Source: Phycisphaerae bacterium | GTDB lineage: Bacteria; Planctomycetota; Phycisphaerae; SM23-33 | NCBI GenBank assembly: GCA_041687095.1 | Contig: JAWLCQ010000005.1 | Span: 17,520 to 81,519 of the forward strand | DNA length: 64,000 bases | Direction of reading: 5' to 3' | Part shown: positions 18,558 through 27,271 of the stretch, in pieces | Layout: each line of letters opens with the position of its first letter | How positions within the stretch are numbered: the stretch's first letter is position 1 | The notes under the pieces: model-generated | The model's database searches: none | The model's input: only the letters and a program-made list of their open reading frames with translations | Told to the model about the DNA's origin: nothing | Made by a program: the position numbers and the translations under genes

Positions 18558-18652
18558 CGGACTTCCACCCCTGCCCGCGCGAGCGCGCGGGCCAGAAAAT
18601 CAAAAAGCTTGGACCCCTCAAAGCCGCCTTCACCGGCGGGAAAGGACCGTAA
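18362..18652 (+). CDS. Tail assembly chaperone second part (gpT-like), -1 frame
   Basis: DPLDLWRAVYRLAGVVGIDPAPLTLRELLDM..AWDHTA..DFHP; no good start upstream of the protein-like part. Confidence 0.6.
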   Translation, partial: GDPLDLWRAVYRLAGVVGIDPAPLTLRELLDMHDGKTRSAWDHTAAILERITNTGFARPRRRAKLTDFHPCPRERAGQKIKKLGPLKAAFTGGKGP

Positions 18653-18655
18653 CGC

Positions 18656-19003
18656 ATGAACGCCATCTGGACAGGACTCTGGACCTTCGTCAATAGCCCC
18701 GCCGCCATCGCCGCCTTCGCCGCGGGACTCCTGTGGCTGCTCAATCGCCTGTACGCCGCCCGCCCCCTGTGGCAGCGGTACGAAGGCACCGTCATCGCCG
18801 CCATCAAGGCCGCCGAGAAGGCCATCCCCGACGACGCCCCGAACACCGCCATCCAGCGCCTCGACTTCGCCCTGCGGTACGTGCTGGATGTGTACGAATC
18901 CGCCCGCAGCCGCCCCGCGACGGCGAAGGAGGCCGCCGAGTTCCGCGAGGGCATCCAGGTCGTCCACGCCGACATCGAGGCCGCCGGGACGCTCGCGAAG
19001 TAA
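18656..19003 (+). CDS. Putative holin
   Basis: N-terminal TM helix plus amphipathic IAAIKAAEK domain (LL-H-holin-like layout). Confidence 0.55.
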   Translation: MNAIWTGLWTFVNSPAAIAAFAAGLLWLLNRLYAARPLWQRYEGTVIAAIKAAEKAIPDDAPNTAIQRLDFALRYVLDVYESARSRPATAKEAAEFREGIQVVHADIEAAGTLAK

Positions 19004-19028
19004 CCCCTGACCCCCGAGGAGAAGACCC

Positions 19029-19358
19029 ATGGCCACGCTGACCGCACAGTCCCCCGCCCGAACTGCCAACGCCCTGACCCTCGCCGCCGCGGCGGCAGGC
19101 GGGGACGACTTCGTGAATACCGGCAAGGAGACGCTGCTCGTCCGGTACGCCGGGGTGGGAACGCCCACGCTCACCCTCGCCACCACGCTTCAGGTCGACG
19201 GTCTGGACCTGCCGAACCTGACGGTCGAGTTAGGCGCGGGCGAGACGCATCTGCTGGGGCCGTTCCCCAAGTCCGTCTACAACAGCGCCCAGGGCACCGT
19301 CGCCCTGAGCTACTCCAGCGAGGCCGACATCACGCTGGCCGTCCTGGCGGGAAGCTGA
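19029..19358 (+). CDS. Hypothetical beta-rich virion protein
   Basis: GAGGAG RBS; GGDDFVNTGKE..GPFP motif. Confidence 0.65.
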   Translation: MATLTAQSPARTANALTLAAAAAGGDDFVNTGKETLLVRYAGVGTPTLTLATTLQVDGLDLPNLTVELGAGETHLLGPFPKSVYNSAQGTVALSYSSEADITLAVLAGS

Positions 19359-19366
19359 GGCACGCC

Positions 19367-19753
19367 ATGGGCACCGTGTGGAACATTCTCATCGCCGTGA
19401 TCCGCGTCCTGCTGCCCGTCCTGATCGACCGCCTGGAGCGCCCCCGGCTCCAGGCGGAGGACGGGCGGCGGGACGGGGAACTGCGCTCGCGCTTGCAGGA
19501 CCGCGTCCGGTCCACCTGGGGCAAGGCGGGGGCGATGCTCCTTCTCGTCGCCCTCGCCGCCCCGGGCTGCCTGCGGACGCGGACGCTCTACGTGCCCGAC
19601 GGGGAGCCCGTCCGCCTGCGCGAGACCATCCCGGCCGCGAAGGTGTGGGTGCTCGACGCCGACGGCAAGCCCACCGCGGGCGAGATGGACCTGCCGGAGG
19701 GGTGGTATGTGCTTCCGTTGGGAATCCGCACAGATACTACTGACACTGAATAG
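19367..19753 (+). CDS. Membrane protein with internal lipobox (spanin-like)
   Basis: N-terminal TM helix; internal MLLLVALAAPG-C. Confidence 0.55.
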   Translation: MGTVWNILIAVIRVLLPVLIDRLERPRLQAEDGRRDGELRSRLQDRVRSTWGKAGAMLLLVALAAPGCLRTRTLYVPDGEPVRLRETIPAAKVWVLDADGKPTAGEMDLPEGWYVLPLGIRTDTTDTE

Positions 19754-20591
19754 AGATTGCCGAAAGCAACTCTCGGGCCTTCGGGTCCTTGGCGGAAGCC
19801 AAGGCATGCTTGTGGAACCTGTCAGCGATCTCCAGGAAAGACCGAGCCGGTGTGCGTTTCGATTTCAATGGCCCAACGAAGTCATCCACATCGACCTCGA
19901 AGACTTCTGTGTCCGGGCTAACGCCTTGAAGACTGTGCAGTGCCCAGAGATCAAGAAGGAACACGAGCCCGTCTGCGTACGATAGTATCTCTTCTGCTAG
20001 AACGCGGTGTCGTCCTTTGCCAAATTGCTCAAGACCCGAAGGATCATCGACCTCGAGGAGAAACGCGCCTTCTTGCAGGGAAGGAAAGGGCGACGCGTAG
20101 TGCGTAAGCATCACTCGAAGGTCGTAGAACCGAGGCAGCCAAGGCCAATTGTCAAAGGCGAACAATGGATACTTGTTCTTCTTGGCCTGCGAGCGAAAGC
20201 CTTTGGGTAACCGGTGGTCCGCTCGTCTGTTTACCGAAGAGACTATCTCTAATGTCGAGTATATGCAGTTCAGGTACGATTCGAGGTCAAACATTGCCCG
20301 TTGCTCTCCATCGTAATCCTGAACATTGCAGTGAGAGTAACAGCGATCGGCTGCGTGGACGAGCGATTCCCGCAGTCGAGATCGAGCCAACCTGACCCCA
20401 TAGAGCTTGTTCTCAAGCGCCGTCAAGAGCGAGAAAACATCCTTGCCTTGATGCTGCATACTGTATCCACCCAGGAACGTCCATATATGGATTGGACGTA
20501 CCTGATAGTGCCTTTCGGTGACAAGTCCAAGGCGATGCATGGCTATCCAAATGTTCCCGCCCTTGTCGAATGCTCCCAGGATCTTCTTCAT
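19737..20591 (-). CDS. Antisense moron: HEPN-like protein
   Basis: Visibly lower GC; GAGGAG RBS; helical with LESYL..YSTLE and R-x4-H (RVMLTH). Confidence 0.65.
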   Translation of the reverse strand: MKKILGAFDKGGNIWIAMHRLGLVTERHYQVRPIHIWTFLGGYSMQHQGKDVFSLLTALENKLYGVRLARSRLRESLVHAADRCYSHCNVQDYDGEQRAMFDLESYLNCIYSTLEIVSSVNRRADHRLPKGFRSQAKKNKYPLFAFDNWPWLPRFYDLRVMLTHYASPFPSLQEGAFLLEVDDPSGLEQFGKGRHRVLAEEILSYADGLVFLLDLWALHSLQGVSPDTEVFEVDVDDFVGPLKSKRTPARSFLEIADRFHKHALASAKDPKARELLSAISIQCQ

Positions 20592-20737
20592 GAACAGTCT
20601 CCTCTTCTCGGGCAACAAGAAGAGAGCACAGCGGTATTGCAGTCAAGAGGAATAGCTGCCGTGTTTTGGTGCGTCAAGATCGCTTCGTCAGAACCTACCG
20701 GCCACTGCCCCGTGAACCATCCGCCAGAGAAAGCTCA

Positions 20738-21373
20738 ATGCTCTACCTCCACCCCGACATGAAGCGGTTCTTCCTCGACCGCCCCGCGGTGACGCGGGCG
20801 ATGGACGCCGCCACGCACCAGGCGATGCGCAAGGCCCTGGGCACGATCCGCAAGACCGCCCAGCGCTCGATGCGATACACCACGGAGAAGCCCGATGGCA
20901 CGCACAAGGCGAGCGCCCCTGGCCAGCCCCCGCGGGCGGTCAAGCCCCACCCCTGGCTGCGGAAGAACCTGTGGTTCGCCTACGACCCCCGCCGCCAGGA
21001 GGGCGTCGCGGGGCCCGTGGCCCTGGGGGCCGCGGCGACGGTGCCGCCGGTGCTGGAGTTCGGCGGGCGGGTGCGCCTTCGCAATCGACGCCGCCGCGTT
21101 CGCCGCGTGGGCGATTCCGGCGAGATCCGCCTGGGCGGCATGGGCCGCACGGCCAAGCTCGTGAAGGATTCCCGCGGCAACACCCGCGTCGTCACCTACG
21201 GGCGATTGCGCACGGCGGCCGGGGCCCACCGCGCCAACCGCATCAACCGCGAACTCTACGGACCCGCCAGCCGCACCGTCACCATCCGGCCGAGGCCGTA
21301 CATGGGGCCCACGCTGGAGTCCGTCGCGCCCACCATCCCCGCCCTGTGGCGCAACGCGCTGAGGAGAAGCTGA
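20738..21373 (+). CDS. Tail completion/neck protein (HK97 gp10-like)
   Basis: Basic; SAPGQPP, LEFGG, PRPYMGP motifs. Confidence 0.72.
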   Translation: MLYLHPDMKRFFLDRPAVTRAMDAATHQAMRKALGTIRKTAQRSMRYTTEKPDGTHKASAPGQPPRAVKPHPWLRKNLWFAYDPRRQEGVAGPVALGAAATVPPVLEFGGRVRLRNRRRRVRRVGDSGEIRLGGMGRTAKLVKDSRGNTRVVTYGRLRTAAGAHRANRINRELYGPASRTVTIRPRPYMGPTLESVAPTIPALWRNALRRS

Positions 21374-21374
21374 C

Positions 21375-23663
21375 ATGACCGCAGGAAGCGAACGAGGCAT
21401 CAAGGCGGGGCGGGCCTACGTCGAACTGGGCGTCTCGGACAAGCTCACCACCGCCCTGCGCTCCCACGCGGCCAAGCTCAAGGCCTTCGGGTCCGAGGTC
21501 GCCTCAGCCGGGCGGACCCTGACGCTGGCGGGCACGGCGATGCTCGCGCCTTTGGGCATGGCGGCGACGAAGTTCTCCCGCATGGGCGATGAGGTGGCGA
21601 AGATGGCGAAGCGCACTGGCCTGTCCGTCGAGACGCTCTCGGAGCTTCGTTTCGTCGCCAGCCAGACGGGGACGGACTTCGAGTCGCTGGAGGGGGCCTT
21701 CCGCAAGATGCAGCGGTCCATCTACGACGCCGAGCGCGGCCTGTCCACCCAGACCGACGCCCTGCGGGACCTGGGGCTCAGCGTCTCGGACCTCGCGGGC
21801 CAGAGCCCCGAGCAGCAGTTCAAGATCCTGGCAAACGCCATCTCCGCAGTGAGCGACCCCACCCGCAAGGCGGCCCTGGCCATGTCGCTCTTTGGCCGCA
21901 CGGGCACCAACCTCCTGCCCATGATGCAGCAGGGCGCGGCGGGCATCGAGATGCTCCAGCGGCAGGCGAGGGAGCTGGGGCTGACGATGAGCACCGAGGA
22001 TGCCGTCGCGGCCGAGGAGTTCACCGACGCGATGGACCGGGCGGGCAAGGCGATGGAGATGGGCGTCTTCCGCGTGGGAGCGGCGCTGGCCCCGCTGCTG
22101 CAGGAGCTTGCCGACTGGATCAGCGCCAACGCCAAGCGATGGGGAGAGTGGGTCCAGGAGAACCGGGCCGCCATCGTGGGCTTCGCCAAGACGGCCGCGG
22201 GGGTCCTGTTGGTGGGGGCGACGCTGACAGCGTTCGGCAAGACGATCGGGGCCATCGCTACGGGCATGAAGGCGCTGGCCTTCGCCACCAAGGGGGCTGC
22301 GACCGCCTTCGCGTTCCTCGCGGTCAACCCCCTCGTCCTCGCCTTCGCCGCCGCCGTCGCGGCCGCGGGGCTGCTGGTGCTGGCGCTGAAGAGCGTGCAC
22401 GACGAGTCCATCCGCACCTCGGACGCCATGGAGGACGCCATGGACGCGGGGGACCGCCAGCGCCAGGGGGACCAGCTTCGCATCCGCCGCCTGGCGCAAC
22501 TGGCGGACAAGGAGCGCCTGGCCAACGCCGAGATGCAGGAGGCGTCCACGCTCCTGAAGGAACTTCAGGGCCAGTACGGGGACCTCGGGGCGTCCATCGA
22601 CGCAGCCACGGGCCGCCTGGTGGGGTTCGGCGAGGCCCAGAAACGCGTGAACGAGCAGATGCGCTCGGCGGCCGAGGCGCAGCTCAAGGCCGCCCTGGCG
22701 GAGAAGGCGTCGAACATCCACAACCTCAATACCGAGCGCCAGTCGCCCTGGCACCGCATGGGCCGCGGGGCGGCGGGCGGGGGACTGTTCCGCAGGGACG
22801 CCGCCGACAAGGAGGCCCAGCGCGTAGCGGACGTGGACCTGCGGCTCCAGAAGGAGCGGGCCGAGCGGGACATGATCCGCGCCCGCCTGCGGGCACTGGG
22901 CGCGGGCGACGCCGCGGCCGTCACGGGCCAGGCGGAGCCCACTGGGGCCGCGGACCTGCAGTCCCGCATCGCCGCCGATGAGGACGCCGCCCAGCGCGCC
23001 GCCGCCCAGGAGGCCGAGTGGCTCCGCCGTCTGCATCGCCTGAGGCTCGAACAGATCGCCGACGAGCGCCAGCGCGAGCTCGCCCTCATCGACGAGCAGT
23101 ATGAGCACGAACTGGCGAGGGCGAAGGAGGCGGCGGCGACGCAGGCGACGCTCGATGCCATCGCCGCCTCCCGCGAGCTCGCACGCTCGGCCCTGGAGCA
23201 GAAGCTCGACGCCGAGGCCGCCGGCGAGCGCGAGCGACAGGAGAAGGAATCCGCCGAGCGCGAGGAGCGCCGCCGCCAGTCCATCTCCGAGTCCGACAGC
23301 GACCGCAAGCGAACCATCGAGGAGCTCCGCATCGAGACGACGCTGGAGGGGCCCGAGAAGGACCGGGCGCTCCTGGCCCTGCAGCGACAGCGCGAGATGG
23401 AGCAGGCCCAGGCCGCGGGGGAGGATACCGCCCTCGTCGAGCAGGTGTACGACCTCCGCGCCAAGCTCCTCGCCGCCCAGGAGGCCGCCGCCAGCGCCAA
23501 GGACCGCGTAGCGGAAGCCTTCAGCGGCTCCATCGTCAATGCCAGCGCGATCCTCGCGCTTCAGGGCCCCCAGGACGACATCGACCGCAAGCAACTCGCG
23601 GAGCTTCAGAAGATCGCCCGCAACACCGCCGAGCCCGCCGCCGCCCCGCCCGTGTGGGGATAG
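21375..23663 (+). CDS. Tail tape measure protein
   Basis: AGRAYVEL start, MAKRTGLSVETLS, LFGRTG, central TM, Ala-rich coiled coil. Confidence 0.9.
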   Translation: MTAGSERGIKAGRAYVELGVSDKLTTALRSHAAKLKAFGSEVASAGRTLTLAGTAMLAPLGMAATKFSRMGDEVAKMAKRTGLSVETLSELRFVASQTGTDFESLEGAFRKMQRSIYDAERGLSTQTDALRDLGLSVSDLAGQSPEQQFKILANAISAVSDPTRKAALAMSLFGRTGTNLLPMMQQGAAGIEMLQRQARELGLTMSTEDAVAAEEFTDAMDRAGKAMEMGVFRVGAALAPLLQELADWISANAKRWGEWVQENRAAIVGFAKTAAGVLLVGATLTAFGKTIGAIATGMKALAFATKGAATAFAFLAVNPLVLAFAAAVAAAGLLVLALKSVHDESIRTSDAMEDAMDAGDRQRQGDQLRIRRLAQLADKERLANAEMQEASTLLKELQGQYGDLGASIDAATGRLVGFGEAQKRVNEQMRSAAEAQLKAALAEKASNIHNLNTERQSPWHRMGRGAAGGGLFRRDAADKEAQRVADVDLRLQKERAERDMIRARLRALGAGDAAAVTGQAEPTGAADLQSRIAADEDAAQRAAAQEAEWLRRLHRLRLEQIADERQRELALIDEQYEHELARAKEAAATQATLDAIAASRELARSALEQKLDAEAAGERERQEKESAEREERRRQSISESDSDRKRTIEELRIETTLEGPEKDRALLALQRQREMEQAQAAGEDTALVEQVYDLRAKLLAAQEAAASAKDRVAEAFSGSIVNASAILALQGPQDDIDRKQLAELQKIARNTAEPAAAPPVWG

Positions 23664-23671
23664 GAGTACTC

Positions 23672-24553
23672 ATGCCCACCATTGCCGAAAAGCCCGATAG
23701 CCGTTCCACCGAGCGCGACGCCGCCGGCGTCCTCGTGGGGGTGACGCTGCAGTACCTCATCACCGGCGTCAGCGACGACGCGACCGCCGAGGGGCTGGTG
23801 CTGGGCGCTGCCGCGAGCAGCTACCGCGGCCTCAGTCGTCACCGCATCCGCGTTACGCCCGAATGGGCGGACGAGACGACGGGCGAGGGGCACTGGCAGG
23901 CGGAGGTCGAGTACCGCCGGCCCGAGAGCGTCCAGCCCCAGGTGGGGGAGGTCGAGGTCGAGATCGACATCGGCGAGGAGCCCTTCCACATCACCCAGTC
24001 GCTGTCCACCGCCCAGGCGTACGCCCCCAGCGGGGAGACCGCACCCGACTTCAAGGGCGCTATCAACGTGGGGGATGACGGCGTCGGAGGGGTGGATACC
24101 ACAGCGCCCGTCATGCGGGTGAGCGTCAGCGTGTACCGTGCCGCGGCGTCCGTCACGTCCGCCTACATCGCCACCTGCTACGGCCTCGCCGCCAAGACGA
24201 ACTCCGGCCCGTTCACCATTACGGAGAAGAAGTACGTGGGCGGGGAGCTCACGAGCGGCAACAGCTACACCTTCGCCGCCGGGGAGCTTCGGCTCACACG
24301 CGTGCACAAGCCCTCCCTCAGCGCCAACGGGGAGATGTACGTCATGGGCTACGAGTTCCATGCCAGCCCCAACGCCACGGGCCTGTCCGTGGGCCCCATC
24401 ACCGGCATCGACAAGCTCGGACAGCAGCTTCTCTGGGCCCACAACGTCCGCGTCCGCGACGACGCCGCCAAGCGCATCGCCCGCCGGCCCATCGCCGCCT
24501 ACGTCGAAAACATCCGCTACGCCGCCGACTTCAGCCCCCTGGGACTCTCATGA
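23672..24553 (+). CDS. Minor tail protein
   Basis: Follows tape measure; AGGAG RBS; HITQS..APDFKGAINV. Confidence 0.7.
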   Translation: MPTIAEKPDSRSTERDAAGVLVGVTLQYLITGVSDDATAEGLVLGAAASSYRGLSRHRIRVTPEWADETTGEGHWQAEVEYRRPESVQPQVGEVEVEIDIGEEPFHITQSLSTAQAYAPSGETAPDFKGAINVGDDGVGGVDTTAPVMRVSVSVYRAAASVTSAYIATCYGLAAKTNSGPFTITEKKYVGGELTSGNSYTFAAGELRLTRVHKPSLSANGEMYVMGYEFHASPNATGLSVGPITGIDKLGQQLLWAHNVRVRDDAAKRIARRPIAAYVENIRYAADFSPLGLS

Positions 24554-25359
24554 TTCACCGAGCCACACCCGGAACCCCCATGCGCTTGCGTGCCAGCGAC
24601 TGGAACGCCCTGGCGGACCTCCACGCCCGCCACGTGGGGCGGCACGGACCCGCCGCCGCCTTCCCCCAGGCTGCCGTCGTGCCCCTCCACAACGCCAGCG
24701 GAACCGACGTTCTCGCCGGCGGCGTCCTGGCCATCGAGGGCCCCATGTTCGACCCCGCCGCCAGCGAGGAGTCCTTCCTCACCGCCGCACTCGAAGGCGT
24801 CACGCCCGGCGGGGACACGGCGGACCTCGCCATCCTCCTGGAACCCTGCCGCGCCGGTTCCGTCGCCTCCGCCTGCGTCGCGGGCGTCTGCCCGGCACGA
24901 CTGAGCATAACCAGCATCGCCCACGGCTACGCCGCCGCCGTCGGCGGAACCGCTGCCCACCTGGCGTCGGCAACCAGCGGGCCCGCCGAGATTCTCTGGA
25001 GGCAGTCGGCCGCCACGGGCACGCAGTGGGCCCTCGTTCGCCTGGGCAACCGCCCCCCGCCCGTCGTCGAGTGGGGCATCGCCAGCGCCGACTGGAGCCC
25101 CGCCGGCGGCAACCAGGTCGTCCTCACGGTCGGAGCGGAGCAGGTGACCTGCTCCATCCACCAGCCGTCCGCTGCCGTCCCGCTGCATGCCCGCATCTCC
25201 GCCGGCGACGTGCTGCCATTCGTGCGCCTCGACGCGACGCACGGCCTGCTGCTGGGCGCCAGCCCCTTGCCGGGCGCCACGGGGGCCGACGAGGACAAGC
25301 TCCTGGCCATCGACGCCCAGGGCGGGCTCAAGGTCGACTACTGGAGGTGGCGGGACTGA
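24550..25359 (+). CDS. Minor tail protein
   Basis: ATGA overlap; ASDWN..ILLEP..GPAEILW. Confidence 0.65.
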   Translation: MIHRATPGTPMRLRASDWNALADLHARHVGRHGPAAAFPQAAVVPLHNASGTDVLAGGVLAIEGPMFDPAASEESFLTAALEGVTPGGDTADLAILLEPCRAGSVASACVAGVCPARLSITSIAHGYAAAVGGTAAHLASATSGPAEILWRQSAATGTQWALVRLGNRPPPVVEWGIASADWSPAGGNQVVLTVGAEQVTCSIHQPSAAVPLHARISAGDVLPFVRLDATHGLLLGASPLPGATGADEDKLLAIDAQGGLKVDYWRWRD

Positions 25360-26438
25360 TGGGCTTCACACCCGCCACAACCCCGGGCTTCTGTATCCGC
25401 GACCGCGCCGTCGTCGCCCAGTACATCGCCGCCGCCAACGAGCGGCTGACCCTGGGGCCCTACGAGCCCCTGGCGCTGCCGGCGATCGGGGAGGCGGGCC
25501 AGAGGCGCCAGTGGATCCTGGACGTCTGCGCCGGCATCGTCGCCGGGCCCATCAGCGGCGCGTGGGTCCGCAGCGCCGACGCCACCGGCACCCCCCTGGC
25601 GGCGGGGCACTGGGACGGGGCGACGGTTATCGAGTACTGGATGTACCCGTCGGAGGACCCCCTCTGGGACGCCGCGGGCCTGCCGTACCGCATGCGGCGC
25701 GTGCCCCGCGGGGGCGCCTGGCCCGCCGACTGGACGAACCCCCAGGACCCGCAGTTCGCCCGGGCGCACAACTCCGGGTGGGGCACGCCGGAGAACCATG
25801 ACCTCGGGGGCCCCTGGACGTTCGACGACCTCCAGCGCATCGCCCGGCTCACGACGCACACGCTGGAGGGGGCCGCGGGATGGACCGACCGCGAGTCCAG
25901 CAGCGCCAGCGGCAGCGGGACCACGGCGGCCGAAGCCTGGGCCGACGCCGCTGCCCAGCTCGCCGCGGGGGTCGTCGCGGGCAACGACGCGGAGTACCCG
26001 CACTCCTATGCCACCCTCTCGCGAACGGCGTGGGGCACGTACGGGGTCCGGCTCTCCGTCGCCCGGGGCCGCCCGACGCTGACGCTCCCCGCCGACCACC
26101 TCGATAGGGAGATCGACTGGTACGTCCGCGCCGCAGCGGTGTACGACCCGTACGACGAGCACAGCGTGAGCGACTGGCACACCAACGGCTCGGGGCTCCG
26201 CCCGCCCTCGAACGGGACGCCGGTGTGGACGTGCGTCTCTTCGGGCGATGCGTCCGCGGCGGGCAGCGGGCTGGTCGTCGAGGCGCCGGGCCTGGTGGGG
26301 AACCTCGACGCCCCCGCCCTGCCCGCTATGCCCCCCGAGCCCCCGCCCGGCGGCGTCACCGTCTCCGCCCGCGGCTGGCAGCTCTACGACGGCCTCGACG
26401 CCGCCGCCGTCGTCCGCTGGGCCATGCAGTACGTCTGA
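25359..26438 (+). CDS. Tail tip / receptor-binding-like protein
   Basis: TGATG overlap; Trp-rich last gene of tail operon. Confidence 0.6.
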   Translation: MGFTPATTPGFCIRDRAVVAQYIAAANERLTLGPYEPLALPAIGEAGQRRQWILDVCAGIVAGPISGAWVRSADATGTPLAAGHWDGATVIEYWMYPSEDPLWDAAGLPYRMRRVPRGGAWPADWTNPQDPQFARAHNSGWGTPENHDLGGPWTFDDLQRIARLTTHTLEGAAGWTDRESSSASGSGTTAAEAWADAAAQLAAGVVAGNDAEYPHSYATLSRTAWGTYGVRLSVARGRPTLTLPADHLDREIDWYVRAAAVYDPYDEHSVSDWHTNGSGLRPPSNGTPVWTCVSSGDASAAGSGLVVEAPGLVGNLDAPALPAMPPEPPPGGVTVSARGWQLYDGLDAAAVVRWAMQYV

Positions 26439-26510
26439 GGGATGGCGGCTTCGAGTCCTGCTGGAACGCCCGATGCGTGCGGAGAGAATTCGCGAAGCGT
26501 CCACTGACTC

Positions 26511-26540
26511 TTGTGCGATTCCGGCCTGACTTGGTATAGT
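26511..26540 (+). promoter_or_regulatory. Sigma70-type promoter TTGTGC-N18-TATAGT (extended -10)
   Basis: TG-G-TATAGT directly upstream of the hairpin pair. Confidence 0.6.
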
Positions 26541-26546
26541 TTGGGC

Positions 26547-26618
26547 AGTCTTCAATGGCCGGGTCTCCCCCCACCCGGCCTGCTGGGCCTGGTCTCCCCC
26601 CCGGACCAGGCCCTTTTT
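26547..26618 (+). ncRNA. Candidate ~70-nt sRNA with two poly-C-loop hairpins (6C-like architecture)
   Basis: GGCCGGGT-ctcccccc-ACCCGGCC, then GGGCCTGGTC-tcccccccg-GACCAGGCCC-TTTTT. Confidence 0.5.
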
Positions 26619-26898
26619 ATGCGCACGCGGGGAGCTCGCCATGGGGATTCCTCGTCTTGTCGCCCGCCACGAACTCGGGCCTCCCCCCCCGACGGCCTCG
26701 ACGCCGCCGACGCACCCTCCGGGGGGCAGTTACGCCATCCGGGCCTGGGCGATGAAGGAGTACGGCGTGACGGGGGGCGAGCACTGATGGGACTCCTTGC
26801 ACGCCATCTCCGTGTAGCGTCTCGGCCATACACCCCGCCTCTCCTCTGCCGGGCCCTCTCTCCGCCTCAGTTTTCTCGGTGATTCTCCACGCACACAC

Positions 26899-26929
26899 GA
26901 CACACCCTGTCATACCCACTCCGCATAAT
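26899..26929 (+). promoter_or_regulatory. WYL/PafBC-like box: GACA-N5-TGTCAT-N10-CATAAT
   Basis: Palindrome plus -10 at PafBC-type spacing, upstream of R-M operon. Confidence 0.4.
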
Positions 26930-26985
26930 CGACCCCGGGAAGACCGTGCGACGCTCGTACGTCGCTTGGGCCCGAAAGAGAACGA

Positions 26986-27014
26986 TTGACAGGATTCGTG
27001 AACAACTGTGAAAT
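26986..27014 (+). promoter_or_regulatory. Sigma70-type promoter TTGACA-N17-TGAAAT
   Basis: Perfect -35 upstream of HTH/hsdM. Confidence 0.5.
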
Positions 27015-27069
27015 ACGGTGGTCGGTCCCGGGGGCATGTCTCGTGGCCCCGCGAAGGAAGGGAGCAGCC

Positions 27070-27264
27070 ATGGCCACCTCGTCGCCGGATACGGTGATGA
27101 CCATCGGGGAGCTGTCGGAGTACCTAAAGGTCTCCCGGTCCACGCTCTACAAGCTCGCCCAGGAGGGCAGGCTGCCGGGACAGAAGGTCGGTCGCCACTG
27201 GCGGTTCCGCAAGGCTGCCGTGATCCGCTGGCTGGACCAGCAACCTCGCACGCGAAAGAAGTAG
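27070..27264 (+). CDS. Excisionase-family (HTH_17) DNA-binding protein
   Basis: MTIGELSEYLKVSRSTLYKLAQEGRLPGQKVGRHWRF. Confidence 0.9.
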   Translation: MATSSPDTVMTIGELSEYLKVSRSTLYKLAQEGRLPGQKVGRHWRFRKAAVIRWLDQQPRTRKK

Positions 27265-27271
27265 CTCGCTC

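Larger units (their letters stand above)
1..26438 (+). mobile_element. Prophage late region (packaging, head, tail, lysis); left end outside window
   Basis: Co-oriented, often overlapping terminase-portal-capsid-tail tube-tape measure gene order; no sheath seen, so siphovirus-like. Confidence 0.92.

Noticed and set aside
26445-26471. GCGGCTTCGAGTCCTGCTGG resembling a tRNA T-arm (possible att remnant)
   Set aside because: Stem mismatched, no CCA or remaining cloverleaf, no second copy seen
27070-27264. Excisionase marking the prophage att end
   Set aside because: No adjacent integrase; HTH_17 genes commonly lead hsd operons as regulators
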